This document shows positions 1 through 8,818 of a stretch of 64,000 nucleotides of DNA, piece by piece. This stretch comes from an uncultured Candidatus Binatia bacterium. Lineage in GTDB: Bacteria > Desulfobacterota > Binatia > Bin18. The number at the start of each line of letters is the position of its first letter. Within the stretch, counting starts at the first letter, position 1. A program made the translations under genes and the position numbers. Under the pieces are notes generated by a model. The model was not told where the DNA came from. It saw only the letters and a list, made by a program, of their open reading frames with translations, and searched no databases. The DNA lies in NCBI GenBank assembly GCA_965200965.1, contig OZ241744.1, forward strand, positions 1,312,001-1,376,000. The letters are read 5' to 3'.

Positions 1-355
1 CTGTATTCATCACCCCGCGTTCATAAATCCGGGGCGACAGCGACACGACGGCCTGCGACTGGCCGGCTTTATCGGTAGCGATAATTTCGAGCCCAAGGGG
101 CACGGTCCGTAGCGGCCCCGGGGTCACATCAACAACCATGAGCGCCTTGCCCGCCCGCGGCACTTCTTCACAGTACTCGGCAACCGGGTCAAACTGGGTC
201 TGATACAGCGTGATATGCAACAGCGACGCCCCAATCTCTCGCCGACAGGCATCGTTTGGCCCACGGTCCCGGTGCGCCTCTGTCGGCATTCCAACCAGCA
301 GCAGGGCCGCACCAAGTGTCGCCAGCGCTGTTGTGATCCACCCAGCCTCCCTCAT
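1..355 (-). CDS. PmoD/AmoD-like periplasmic copper-binding protein (runs off left edge; not in ORF track)
   Basis: Manual translation from ATG 355: MREAGWITTALATLGAALLLVGMPTEA-HRDRGPNDACRREIGASLLHITLYQTQFDPVAEYCEEVPRAGKALMVVDVTPGPLRTVPLGLEII...PRIYERGVMNT, open to position 1. Signal peptide plus C-x7-L-x-H-x14-C, the spacing of the PmoD Cx7MxHx14C motif. Confidence 0.75.
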   Translation of the reverse strand, partial: MREAGWITTALATLGAALLLVGMPTEAHRDRGPNDACRREIGASLLHITLYQTQFDPVAEYCEEVPRAGKALMVVDVTPGPLRTVPLGLEIIATDKAGQSQAVVSLSPRIYERGVMNT

Positions 356-1048
356 CAGGCTTCATATGGGCCGAAACCAGGCTTGATGTCAAGCGTTTTT
401 TTAGTCTGGGTTCAGCGCTCCCCGTCAGCCTAGTCATACGGCTGTCCGGTTGTCCAACTGAACTAGGCCGCGGCGGACGATCGTCCGCTCGCTGCTCAAG
501 ACGGTTGCTCTTGCTAGCACGCTGCAAATAGCACCCCCAGCACGAATCCGAGGACGACGATAGTGGAAAAATAAACGGCGAAGACATCCGCATCGTCCGC
601 GGCGTGTGGCTCCTGTTGCTCTATTGTGAATGCAAAAAAAGCCACTCAGCTAAATTTACGTCGGCTTCCCATAAGGCTGCCGACATGGTTCCAACCTGTT
701 GTAACCCACCAATTCGTCCATCTTCGGTCGAGGAATTCGACGGTATGATCGTTGACCTTTTTCATTCCAACCACCTTCAGACCAGTTTCACTCCGGTTTC
801 ACTGCTCATGCCTTCTTCTCCGCGGGCGGCGGCGTGGCTTGATCTGATACAACTGTGCGCTGGACTGGCTGATTGCGTAGCCAAAGCTCACCGGGACCGC
901 GTTCCGTAAGTTGCGCCTCTCCTTCAAGGACTTCCAGCGCGACCAAGCGATTCAAGACGAACTCCTCCTCGCTTGCCGCGTCGACCGGTCTTTGTCTATA
1001 CTGCCCATGACTCGCTGGAGACAAGGATTTGCACCTAAGGAGGCGGCT

Positions 1049-2164
1049 ATGCTTTCGGTCTTTTCGGCACCGAGCCACTACATTCAAGGGAAAAACGCCA
1101 CCGCCCAACTGGGCACGGAAATGAAACGGATTGGGCTCGAGGGCCCGGCCCTGATTGTTGCTGGAAAGAGCGCGATTCGGCTGCTGTCCGAGGTCTGGCA
1201 ACAGCATTTGAGCCAAGCCGGGATTCATCACGCTGTGCATCAGTTTGGCGGCGAGTGCTCATATCCCGAGATTGAACGGATCAAGCAAACCGCCCGGGAC
1301 AACACAAGTCGGGTGGTGATTGGGGCGGGCGGAGGAAAAGTCCTGGACGCGGCCCGGGCCGCGGCCGATGACCTCAACCTGCCGGTCGTCAACTGTCCAA
1401 CCATCGCCTCAAGCGACGCGCCGTGCAGCGCACTGTCGGTCATGTACACCGAACAGGGCGTCTTTCAGGAATACCGTTTTTACCGCAAGAACCCCGACCT
1501 AGTGCTGGTTGATACGCAGGTGGTGGCCCAGGCCCCGCCCCGCCTGCTCGTCGCCGGTATGGGCGATGCCCTGGCGACCTGGTTTGAAGCCAGGACCTGT
1601 GTCGAAGGCTATATTCAAAATATGCGTGGCGGCGCGTCAACCCGCAGCGCCGAGAAGCTGGCCGAGCTGTGCTATAATATCCTGGTTGAAGACGGGCCGG
1701 ATGCCCTGCGGGCGGTCGAGAATAACGTGGTCAATCCGGCCTTAGAGCGCTTAGTTGAGGCCAACACCCTGCTGTCCGGTCTGGGCTTTGAATCGTCTGG
1801 ATTAGCGGCCGCCCACGCTGTACATAACGGCCTGACCGAAGCCGCCCAGACCCACCCCTATTATCACGGCGAAAAGGTCGCCTATGGCCTGATGACCCAG
1901 TTGGTGATGGAAGGCAAGCCACGCGCGGTGATCGATCCCGTCCTGCACTTCTGCACCCAGGTCGGTCTGCCGACCACCCTGGCCGAGATCGGTCTTGGGG
2001 CCGATATGCCGCGTGAGCAACTTGAACAGGTCGCCGTCCGCGCCACCGCGGAGGGCGAAACGATCCATAACGAACCGTTTGAGGCCACTCCCGATCTGGT
2101 GGCCGATGCGATTCTGGCCGCGGACGCAATGGGCCGGGCGTGGCAGAGTGCCGCAGCAAGCTGA
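1049..2164 (+). CDS. gldA: Glycerol dehydrogenase (Fe/Zn-ADH family)
   Basis: AAGGAGG RBS before ATG 1049; GGGKVLD, PTIASSDAPCSALSV, GMGDALATWFEA, ESSGLAAAHAVHNGLT, HGEKVAYG motifs. Confidence 0.9.
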   Translation: MLSVFSAPSHYIQGKNATAQLGTEMKRIGLEGPALIVAGKSAIRLLSEVWQQHLSQAGIHHAVHQFGGECSYPEIERIKQTARDNTSRVVIGAGGGKVLDAARAAADDLNLPVVNCPTIASSDAPCSALSVMYTEQGVFQEYRFYRKNPDLVLVDTQVVAQAPPRLLVAGMGDALATWFEARTCVEGYIQNMRGGASTRSAEKLAELCYNILVEDGPDALRAVENNVVNPALERLVEANTLLSGLGFESSGLAAAHAVHNGLTEAAQTHPYYHGEKVAYGLMTQLVMEGKPRAVIDPVLHFCTQVGLPTTLAEIGLGADMPREQLEQVAVRATAEGETIHNEPFEATPDLVADAILAADAMGRAWQSAAAS

Positions 2165-2254
2165 TTGGCGGACGCCTCTCTGTGCGCTAACAGGCACTAT
2201 GCAGGACAACACGCTGCCTGGGTCAAGCCGCAGTGAGAGGAGGAAGAAGTCACT

Positions 2255-3178
2255 ATGACAACGGCAAAAACACACATCGGCGCGGAGCGGGACCGAGCGG
2301 TCGGCGCTCTTGTCGGCCTTGCGCTCGGGGATGCCTTGGGTACCACGCTGGAGTTTAAGCGCCGTGACGAGCATCCGCTTGTCACCGACCTCGTCGGCGG
2401 CGGTCCATTCGGCCTCGACCCGGGAGAGTGGACGGACGATACGAGTATGGCTCTCTGCTTAGCGGAATCCATACTTGAATGCGACCGAGTTGAGCCGGCT
2501 GATTTGATGAACCGCTTCGTCGCCTGGTGGCAATCCGGTCATAATTCGGTAACGGGGGAGTGTTTCGACATCGGCATAACAACCAGCTCTGCCTTGCAAC
2601 GTTTCCTGGATACAAACGAATCGCTCTGCGGCAGTACCAACCCCAACAGTGCTGGCAACGGCTCGCTTATGCGCCTCGCTCCCGTCGCGATACGATGGAG
2701 TCGGCAGCCTGCGCAAGCGCGTGAGGCGGCACGGCTTCAGAGTCGGACGACCCACGCTGCCACCCAAGCGGTCGAAGCCTGCGCCTTCTATGCAATGCTG
2801 CTCGTTGAGGCAATCTCGGGCGAATCGAAAGACGCGGTCCTGCGGCCTCGCGGCTGGGAAGGAGACCCTGCTATTGCCGACATCGCTGCCGGCGCATGGC
2901 GAAGCAAGACGCGAAGCGACATTGCCTCAAGCGGGTATGTGATACACACTTTGGAAGCCGCTCTCTGGTCGGTCGGTCAGGCCACATCGTTTGAGCACGC
3001 CCTGATCACTGCGGTCAACCTCGCCGACGACGCCGACACGGTCGGCGCAGTCACCGGACAACTTGCCGGCGCTCTGTGGGGCCTCACAAGTACCTCCGAG
3101 GCGTGGCTGGCCAAGCTCGCCTGGCGGGACCGTATTGAGCGATTCGCGCTTTCCCTCTTCGAGGCTGGGACGCGGTAA
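2255..3178 (+). CDS. ADP-ribosylglycohydrolase (DraG/ARH family)
   Basis: GDALG, WTDDT, SAGNGSLMR, DADT motifs; GAGGAGG upstream. Confidence 0.9.
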   Translation: MTTAKTHIGAERDRAVGALVGLALGDALGTTLEFKRRDEHPLVTDLVGGGPFGLDPGEWTDDTSMALCLAESILECDRVEPADLMNRFVAWWQSGHNSVTGECFDIGITTSSALQRFLDTNESLCGSTNPNSAGNGSLMRLAPVAIRWSRQPAQAREAARLQSRTTHAATQAVEACAFYAMLLVEAISGESKDAVLRPRGWEGDPAIADIAAGAWRSKTRSDIASSGYVIHTLEAALWSVGQATSFEHALITAVNLADDADTVGAVTGQLAGALWGLTSTSEAWLAKLAWRDRIERFALSLFEAGTR

Positions 3179-3185
3179 TGTTAAG

Positions 3186-3212
3186 GAGCAAGCGGACCAT
3201 CGACGCTTGCTC
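3186..3212. terminator. Hairpin between convergent genes
   Basis: GAGCAAGCG-N9-CGCTTGCTC, a 9-bp inverted repeat just after the ARH stop. Confidence 0.45.
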
Positions 3213-3296
3213 TTCCGCACCCTCGCTACTGGCGAGCGAACGGCGTCCCGATCCTCTCCTCTGAGGCTGCCTCTGGCTCTGCCCGTCGCCCGCGAC

Positions 3297-5015
3297 TCAG
3301 CCCTCGGGCAGGGCAAACACCAGCAGCGCGCTTCCCTTACTGATAGTGGGGTTTTCACCCACAATGCTGACGACCAGACCGCCCGCCCCGCTGGGGATGG
3401 CCACATACTGGCGGCCACCGACTTTATAGGTGATCGGCTGACCGCGTACCGTTGAGCCGGTCTGGAACTTCCACAACAACTCCCCAGTCGCGTCGTCCAA
3501 GGCCAGCGCATAGCCCTGCTGATTGCCAGTAAACACCAGACCGCCGGCCGTCGCCAGCGCCCCACCGACCATCGGATAGGTGTCTTTATAGCGCCATTTG
3601 ACTTTGCCGCTCGTCGGATCAATGGCCGACAGATGACCATAGGCGGTCCCCAGATCGCCCTGCGTCTCGCCCGGGCCGCCCCCCCAGAACGGGATGCCCT
3701 GGATAAACATTGAGGTCGCTTTTTCCATCTTGCCGCAACTCTCAATCGTCGGCACAAAAATCGCGTGTGCCGTAGGGCTGTAAGCCGCGGCGTAGGAGCC
3801 ATTTTGGCCCCCGACATTGCCAGGACAGATCAACTCAGGGTTGCCGCCCTTCATCGGGACGTATTTGGGGTCAAGCTGCGGCCGGCCGTTTTCATCAAGC
3901 CCCTTGGCCCAGTTCAACTGCTCTACATATGAGGTACCGTGCAGAAATGCCCCACTGTGGCGGTCAAGGATGTACAAAAAGCCGTTCCGGTTCGGCTGGG
4001 CCAGGGCCTTGACGGTTTCTGTCCCGCGTTGGACATCGAGCAGAAACATACCGGTATTCCCGTCATAGTCCCAGATGTCGTGCGGCGTGAACTGGAAATA
4101 CCACTGCAACTCGCCGGTATCCGGGTCCAGGGCAAGCACACAGTTGGTGTACAGATTATCGCCCTCGCGGTTGTCTCCGTTCCAGTCCGGGGACGGGTTG
4201 CCGGTTGCCCAATACAGCAGGTCGGCTTCCGGGTCGTAGGAGCCTGTCACCCAGGTCGGTCCACCACCCTGCTTCCAGGAGTCGCCCTCCCAGGTCTCAT
4301 TCCCGGCCTCGCCCATATTGGGAATCGTGTAGCGACGCCACACCAGATCGCCCGTCCTGGCATCGTAGGCGTCCAGATAACCCCGAATGCCATACTCTCC
4401 ACCGGCGATGCCGATAATGACCTTATCTTTGACGATCAAAGGAGCCGCGGTCACGCTAAAGCCATTGCGATAGTCATCTACCTCGGTATTCCACACCACC
4501 TTGCCGGTCTTGCGATTCAGCGCCAGCACCCGCGCGTCCAGGGTACCCATGTAGAGCAGGTCGCCGGCGATGGCCGGCCCCCGGTTGCCCGGACCGCAGC
4601 AGATCCGCAGGTCCTTGGGCAGCGGATGGTCGTATCTCCACAGCATCTCGCCACTGACCGCGTCAATCGCAAACAGGCTGTTGTAGGCCGCGGTCAGGTA
4701 CAGCACCCCGTCGGCCACCAGCGGAGAGGCTTGCAGCTGGGCCGGAATCCCCGTCTGAAAGACCCAGGCGGCCTGGAGCTGTTTGACAGTGCGGCGGTCA
4801 ATGTCGATTAGCGGGCTGAACCGCCAGCTTTCATAATTGCCGCCGTACATCAGCCAGTCACTCGTGTTCGTCGTCCCCTGGAGCAGCCGCTCGGTAGTTA
4901 CAGACGGCAGACCCTCACCCGCTCCGGCGTGCTGATCGGCCCGCGCACTGACACTCAGCAGCAGCACGACCGCCAGACTGGCTCGACAACTCCACCGCGT
5001 CACAAGGTCCTGCAT
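3297..5015 (-). CDS. PQQ-dependent alcohol dehydrogenase, type I, probably lanthanide-dependent
   Basis: Signal peptide, vicinal ICCG disulfide, GGEYG, TGNPSP, PHDIWDYDG, Trp-docking propeller repeats; no CxxCH heme domain. Start set at ATG 5015, which has a GGAGGGAG RBS. Confidence 0.9.
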   Translation of the reverse strand: MQDLVTRWSCRASLAVVLLLSVSARADQHAGAGEGLPSVTTERLLQGTTNTSDWLMYGGNYESWRFSPLIDIDRRTVKQLQAAWVFQTGIPAQLQASPLVADGVLYLTAAYNSLFAIDAVSGEMLWRYDHPLPKDLRICCGPGNRGPAIAGDLLYMGTLDARVLALNRKTGKVVWNTEVDDYRNGFSVTAAPLIVKDKVIIGIAGGEYGIRGYLDAYDARTGDLVWRRYTIPNMGEAGNETWEGDSWKQGGGPTWVTGSYDPEADLLYWATGNPSPDWNGDNREGDNLYTNCVLALDPDTGELQWYFQFTPHDIWDYDGNTGMFLLDVQRGTETVKALAQPNRNGFLYILDRHSGAFLHGTSYVEQLNWAKGLDENGRPQLDPKYVPMKGGNPELICPGNVGGQNGSYAAAYSPTAHAIFVPTIESCGKMEKATSMFIQGIPFWGGGPGETQGDLGTAYGHLSAIDPTSGKVKWRYKDTYPMVGGALATAGGLVFTGNQQGYALALDDATGELLWKFQTGSTVRGQPITYKVGGRQYVAIPSGAGGLVVSIVGENPTISKGSALLVFALPEG

Positions 5016-5130
5016 AGTCTCCCTCCCTCGGTAGGTGTTCTTCGCACCCGTATTGATACCTGCTTGACACGTTTGGTCAACCAAGGTGAACTGGGGATAT
5101 TATCTTGTCTGAACAGAGGGGGATCAGCGC

Positions 5131-5799
5131 ATGAGCAGCTCAACTGAACTCAACCAAGAACTCAAGCAGGCCATTGAGGCGTTTCAGCAGGAAATGCTGC
5201 CCAAAATCCCAGCCGACATTCGGAGGACGCTCCAGCGTACCACCGAGGACCTGGTCAAAACCGGAATTGCCGACCGCGCCCTGACGGTGGGTGACACGGC
5301 TCCTGATTTCAGTCTGCCAAATGTGCGCGGCGAACAGGTCAGCCTGTCGGGCCTGCTGGACACAGGTCCGGTCGTCCTGGCCTTTTACCGGGGTAACTGG
5401 TGACCCTACTGCAACCTGCAGTTGCAGGCTTACAAAAAACATCTCGCCGCAATACAAGCCTACGGTGCCTCAGTCCTCGCCGTCTCTCCCCAGACGCCGG
5501 ACAACTCTTTGACAATGGCCGAGAAGAACGCCCTGCCGTTTGAGGTCTTAAGCGATGTGGGCAATCGGGTGGCCCGCAGTTTCGGGCTGGTGTTTGCCCT
5601 GGTTGACGAGTTGCGTCCGCTGTACGATCAGATCGGGGCGAAGCTGTCGGATTTCAACGGCGATACCTCATACGAACTGCCCATTCCCGCCACCTATATC
5701 ATTGGCCGGAACGGCGTCATTCAACTGGCGTACGTTGATGCCGATTATACCCATCGGCTTGAGCCGGCAGACATTATTGACCGCCTGGCCGCCACCTAG
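5131..5799 (+). CDS. Peroxiredoxin-like AhpC/TSA family selenoprotein (UGA 5401-5403 as Sec, U-P-Y-C)
   Basis: ORFs 5131-5403 and 5422-5799 are one frame interrupted only by TGA: FYRGNW-TGA-PYCNLQLQAY, versus the family motif FYRGxWCPYC; hairpin follows immediately. Confidence 0.85.
5404..5430 (+). promoter_or_regulatory. Candidate bacterial SECIS element
   Basis: CCTGC-AGTT-GCAGG stem-loop (5415-5428) with loop G 18 nt after the UGA; an alternative stem CTGCAAC/GTTGCAG (5409-5427) is also possible. Confidence 0.55.
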
Positions 5800-5816
5800 G
5801 TGCAGTGAGGCAGACC

Positions 5817-6290
5817 TCAGGAGCCGGTCGTGACCTCGACCAGAATCTGATCGGGGTCACGCACATACACAGAGCCGGCCTCTTCAGAGCCGTGCAGCGA
5901 ATGCGGAACCTGTCCGGCTTTCAGTCCGGACACAATTCTCCGGTAGTGTTCGGGACTGGCTTTGAGCGCTACATGATGCATACTGCCCACCCCCCGGACG
6001 GTCCGGGCCGGCCCCTTTTTCGGAAAGTCGAAAAAGGCCAACTGATTACCGCCCCCCATATCCAGGAAGATATGGGTTGAGTTGGGTTCATCCCGGTTGG
6101 TCATGATCCTGGTCAGCCGCATGCCCAACACCCTGGTATAAAACTCAATCGTGGCCTCCAGGTCTGAACAGATCAGGGCCAAGTGATCGACCCCCGCGGT
6201 CGGGACGGTCCCGGCCGGGGCTTCCCCGTGCGGCAAATAGCGCGCTCTCAACTCCCGCCGCCGCGCCTGATAGGCATCGTGTTCTGCCAT
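5817..6290 (-). CDS. VOC/glyoxalase family protein
   Basis: GVDHLAL...FYTRVLG, MHHVAL, SVYVRDPDQILVE; GGAGG RBS before ATG 6290. Confidence 0.88.
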   Translation of the reverse strand: MAEHDAYQARRRELRARYLPHGEAPAGTVPTAGVDHLALICSDLEATIEFYTRVLGMRLTRIMTNRDEPNSTHIFLDMGGGNQLAFFDFPKKGPARTVRGVGSMHHVALKASPEHYRRIVSGLKAGQVPHSLHGSEEAGSVYVRDPDQILVEVTTGS

Positions 6291-6366
6291 AGCTAGCCCT
6301 CCTGGCTCTTGTGTGTACGCGGTTCGGACGCTGAGGGCAAGAAAATGTGTCCCGCATCGAACATCT

Positions 6367-7518
6367 TCACAAGACCTTTTCGTATACCCGATAGGTCTTA
6401 TAGCGCTCCGCCCCCATCCGCTCCAGACCACGGATCATCGGCCAGTTATCCTCAAGAATCCATGAGCATTCCACATACGGATAGCCGTTCTTGGGGGCTT
6501 CCTGCCAGAGTTTGAGATACAGCATGGCGTCCAGTCCTCTGAGACGCACCCCTGGTTTGAGCCCTAACAGCAAGATCCGGGTCGCATTCACCGAGCGGCG
6601 ATACCACAGCAACTTCAGCCAGCCAAACGGCAACAGACGCCCGTTCGTCCGCCGTAGGACTTGATTGTAGTCCGGCAGGGCCAGGGCAAAACCGACTGGC
6701 TGACCCTCTAACTCAGCAATCAGACACAGCCGCGGGTCGGCAATCCGGCGCACCTGTTTGACAAAATGCTCAAGCTCGGCCTGGGTCACTGGGACAAAGC
6801 CCCAGTTGTGCTGCCAGGCTTGTTGATAGAGGGCAAACACTTGGGAGATCTCGGTCTCAAAACGGTGCCGGTTAAGCGGACGGATGGTCACCCGCTGCGC
6901 CCGTTGCAAGCGCTCAACCCCGCGCACCAAACGGGCGGGTGGCGTTGCATCGGCCCGGACATCGATTAGATAGGCGAGCAGATCTTTTGCCTTGCGGTAG
7001 CCGGCAACTTCAATCAACTCGGCGTAGTACGCCGGGTTGTAGGGCATCATCAGCATCGGCGGGTGTTCAAAGCCGTCAACGAGCAGCCCACACATCTCAT
7101 TGGTCGAGAAATTCATTGGACCGTGGATATGGCTCATACCCCGTTCGGCGACCCAGCCCTCCGCGGCACGCAGCAGAGCCGAAGCAACGGCCGGGTCAGC
7201 GACACTCTCGAAGAAGCCAAAAAAGCCGACCGGCCGTTTATGGAACGAGACGTATTGGTGGTTCACAATAGCCGCGATGCGGCCAACCACCTCTTTGGCC
7301 CGCAGGGCGAGAAAATACTCGACCGCAGCGTGTTGATGAAAGGGGTGCTTGGCGGGGTTCAGCAGATTCTTGAGGTCAAGCAGGAGGGGAGGAACCCAGG
7401 CCGGCTCATGGCGGTGCAGACGATCGGGAAGACTCAGAAAAGAACGGCGCGCCGAGCGTCGCCGAACTGGGATCACCCGCACCCCTTGCTGGTCCCGGTC
7501 ACCCAAGGCTCCGCCCAA
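6367..7518 (-). CDS. GNAT-fold N-acyltransferase, bacterial ceramide synthase-like (YghO-like)
   Basis: GRIAAI, GFFGFFES, GP.NFS.NE.CGLLVDGF, MPYNP.YY, W.HNWGFVP, E.SWILEDN; lies directly downstream of spt. Start uncertain. Confidence 0.8.
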   Translation of the reverse strand: MGGALGDRDQQGVRVIPVRRRSARRSFLSLPDRLHRHEPAWVPPLLLDLKNLLNPAKHPFHQHAAVEYFLALRAKEVVGRIAAIVNHQYVSFHKRPVGFFGFFESVADPAVASALLRAAEGWVAERGMSHIHGPMNFSTNEMCGLLVDGFEHPPMLMMPYNPAYYAELIEVAGYRKAKDLLAYLIDVRADATPPARLVRGVERLQRAQRVTIRPLNRHRFETEISQVFALYQQAWQHNWGFVPVTQAELEHFVKQVRRIADPRLCLIAELEGQPVGFALALPDYNQVLRRTNGRLLPFGWLKLLWYRRSVNATRILLLGLKPGVRLRGLDAMLYLKLWQEAPKNGYPYVECSWILEDNWPMIRGLERMGAERYKTYRVYEKVL

Positions 7519-7523
7519 ACGGT

Positions 7524-8720
7524 TTAGACCGCTACCTGGCTGCGAATACCCAGATGGTGGCGGCCACGATCAAAGGCGTCAAGCACAAAATCAATCTGCT
7601 CGTCGGTATGCGTCGCCATCATCGAAATCCGCACCCGACAGGAGAGGTCGGGCACTGCTGGGGGAATGACCGGATTGGTAAAAATCCCGTCGTCATAGAG
7701 CGATTTCCACAGCAGCCAAGTCTCAATCGGCTGACCAGTGACGACAGGAATGATCGGGGTTTCGCTGACGCCGATATTATACCCCAGGCTCTTCAGCCCA
7801 TCCTGCATCCGGCAGGTGTTACGCCACAGGGCTTGCCGTCGCTCGGGCTCTGCCTTAATCACATCAAGGGCGGCCAAGACCGCCGCCACCGAAGCCGGCG
7901 GCATACTGGCACTAAAAATCAGGGAGCGGGCATGGTGCTTGAGGTAATGAATAACTGGCTCAGGTCCGGCCACTACGCCGCCGATAGACGCCAGGGATTT
8001 TGAGAATGTCGCCACAATCAGCATGGCCTGGTCTTCGAGGCAATAGTGTTCGGCAGTCCCGGCACCCCGCTCGCCTAGCACGCCAAAACCGTGGGCGTCG
8101 TCAAGCAGAATGTCGGCTTCGTAGCGCTCGGACAGGCGGACCAACTCTGGCAGGTCCACAACATCACCGTCCATGGAAAAGATCCCGTCGGTGACAATGA
8201 GCTTTCCGGCCTCCCTCGTGCTGCGGGCCAGCTGTTGTTCGAGAATGATCAGATCGTCGTGCGGGTAGCGGTGGACCGTACCGTAGGCCAAGCGGGCACT
8301 ATCAACCAGACTGGCGTGGTTGAGCTTGTCGAGATACAGATAATCTCCCCGTCCGATCAGACCAGCCACCACGCCCAAATTTGTCTGATAGCCGGTGCTG
8401 AACACCAGCGCCGCTTCTTTGTTGAGAAATCGGGCTAAGCGGTCTTCCAGTTCTTCGTGCAGGTCAAGCGTGCCATTCAGAAAACGGCTCCCAGTACAGC
8501 CGCTCCCGTAGCGCTGCAAGGTGTCGGCCGCAGCTTCAATGACCTTGGGGTGGTGGGTCAGGCCCAAGTAATTATTGGACCCCATCATGATCTTGGGCTC
8601 GCCATTCACCGTCACCTCTGTCCCGTCAGAGGCTTCAATGGGCAGAAAAAAGGGATAATATCCCCCGGCCTGTGCTTCCCGAGCCCGCGTAAAGCGAGCG
8701 CATTTGTCCAGCAGTTTCAT
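7524..8720 (-). CDS. spt: Serine palmitoyltransferase (alpha-oxoamine synthase family)
   Basis: GSNNYLGL, GSRFLNGT, STGYQTNLG, NHASLVD, DDAHG, PLP-lysine motif TFSKSLASIGG (SPT-type); flanked by CerS-like and CerR-like genes. Confidence 0.85.
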   Translation of the reverse strand: MKLLDKCARFTRAREAQAGGYYPFFLPIEASDGTEVTVNGEPKIMMGSNNYLGLTHHPKVIEAAADTLQRYGSGCTGSRFLNGTLDLHEELEDRLARFLNKEAALVFSTGYQTNLGVVAGLIGRGDYLYLDKLNHASLVDSARLAYGTVHRYPHDDLIILEQQLARSTREAGKLIVTDGIFSMDGDVVDLPELVRLSERYEADILLDDAHGFGVLGERGAGTAEHYCLEDQAMLIVATFSKSLASIGGVVAGPEPVIHYLKHHARSLIFSASMPPASVAAVLAALDVIKAEPERRQALWRNTCRMQDGLKSLGYNIGVSETPIIPVVTGQPIETWLLWKSLYDDGIFTNPVIPPAVPDLSCRVRISMMATHTDEQIDFVLDAFDRGRHHLGIRSQVAV

Positions 8721-8818
8721 CTAGCCCCCCCCCTTCTCCCTCCTGGTGATATGCTCAGAATTCCCAACGGGGAGCCGTATCGGACAACTCCACCCCTTCC
8801 CTCGGTTCATATGTACTC

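Noticed and set aside
3297-5015. Calling the PQQ enzyme XoxF or MxaF methanol dehydrogenase
   Set aside because: No xoxG/xoxJ/mxaI neighbours and the sequence looks too divergent to assign without phylogeny.
7524-8720. Annotation as BioF or Kbl
   Set aside because: The TFSKS lysine motif and the flanking ceramide-pathway-like genes favour Spt; no biotin or threonine-catabolism genes are nearby.
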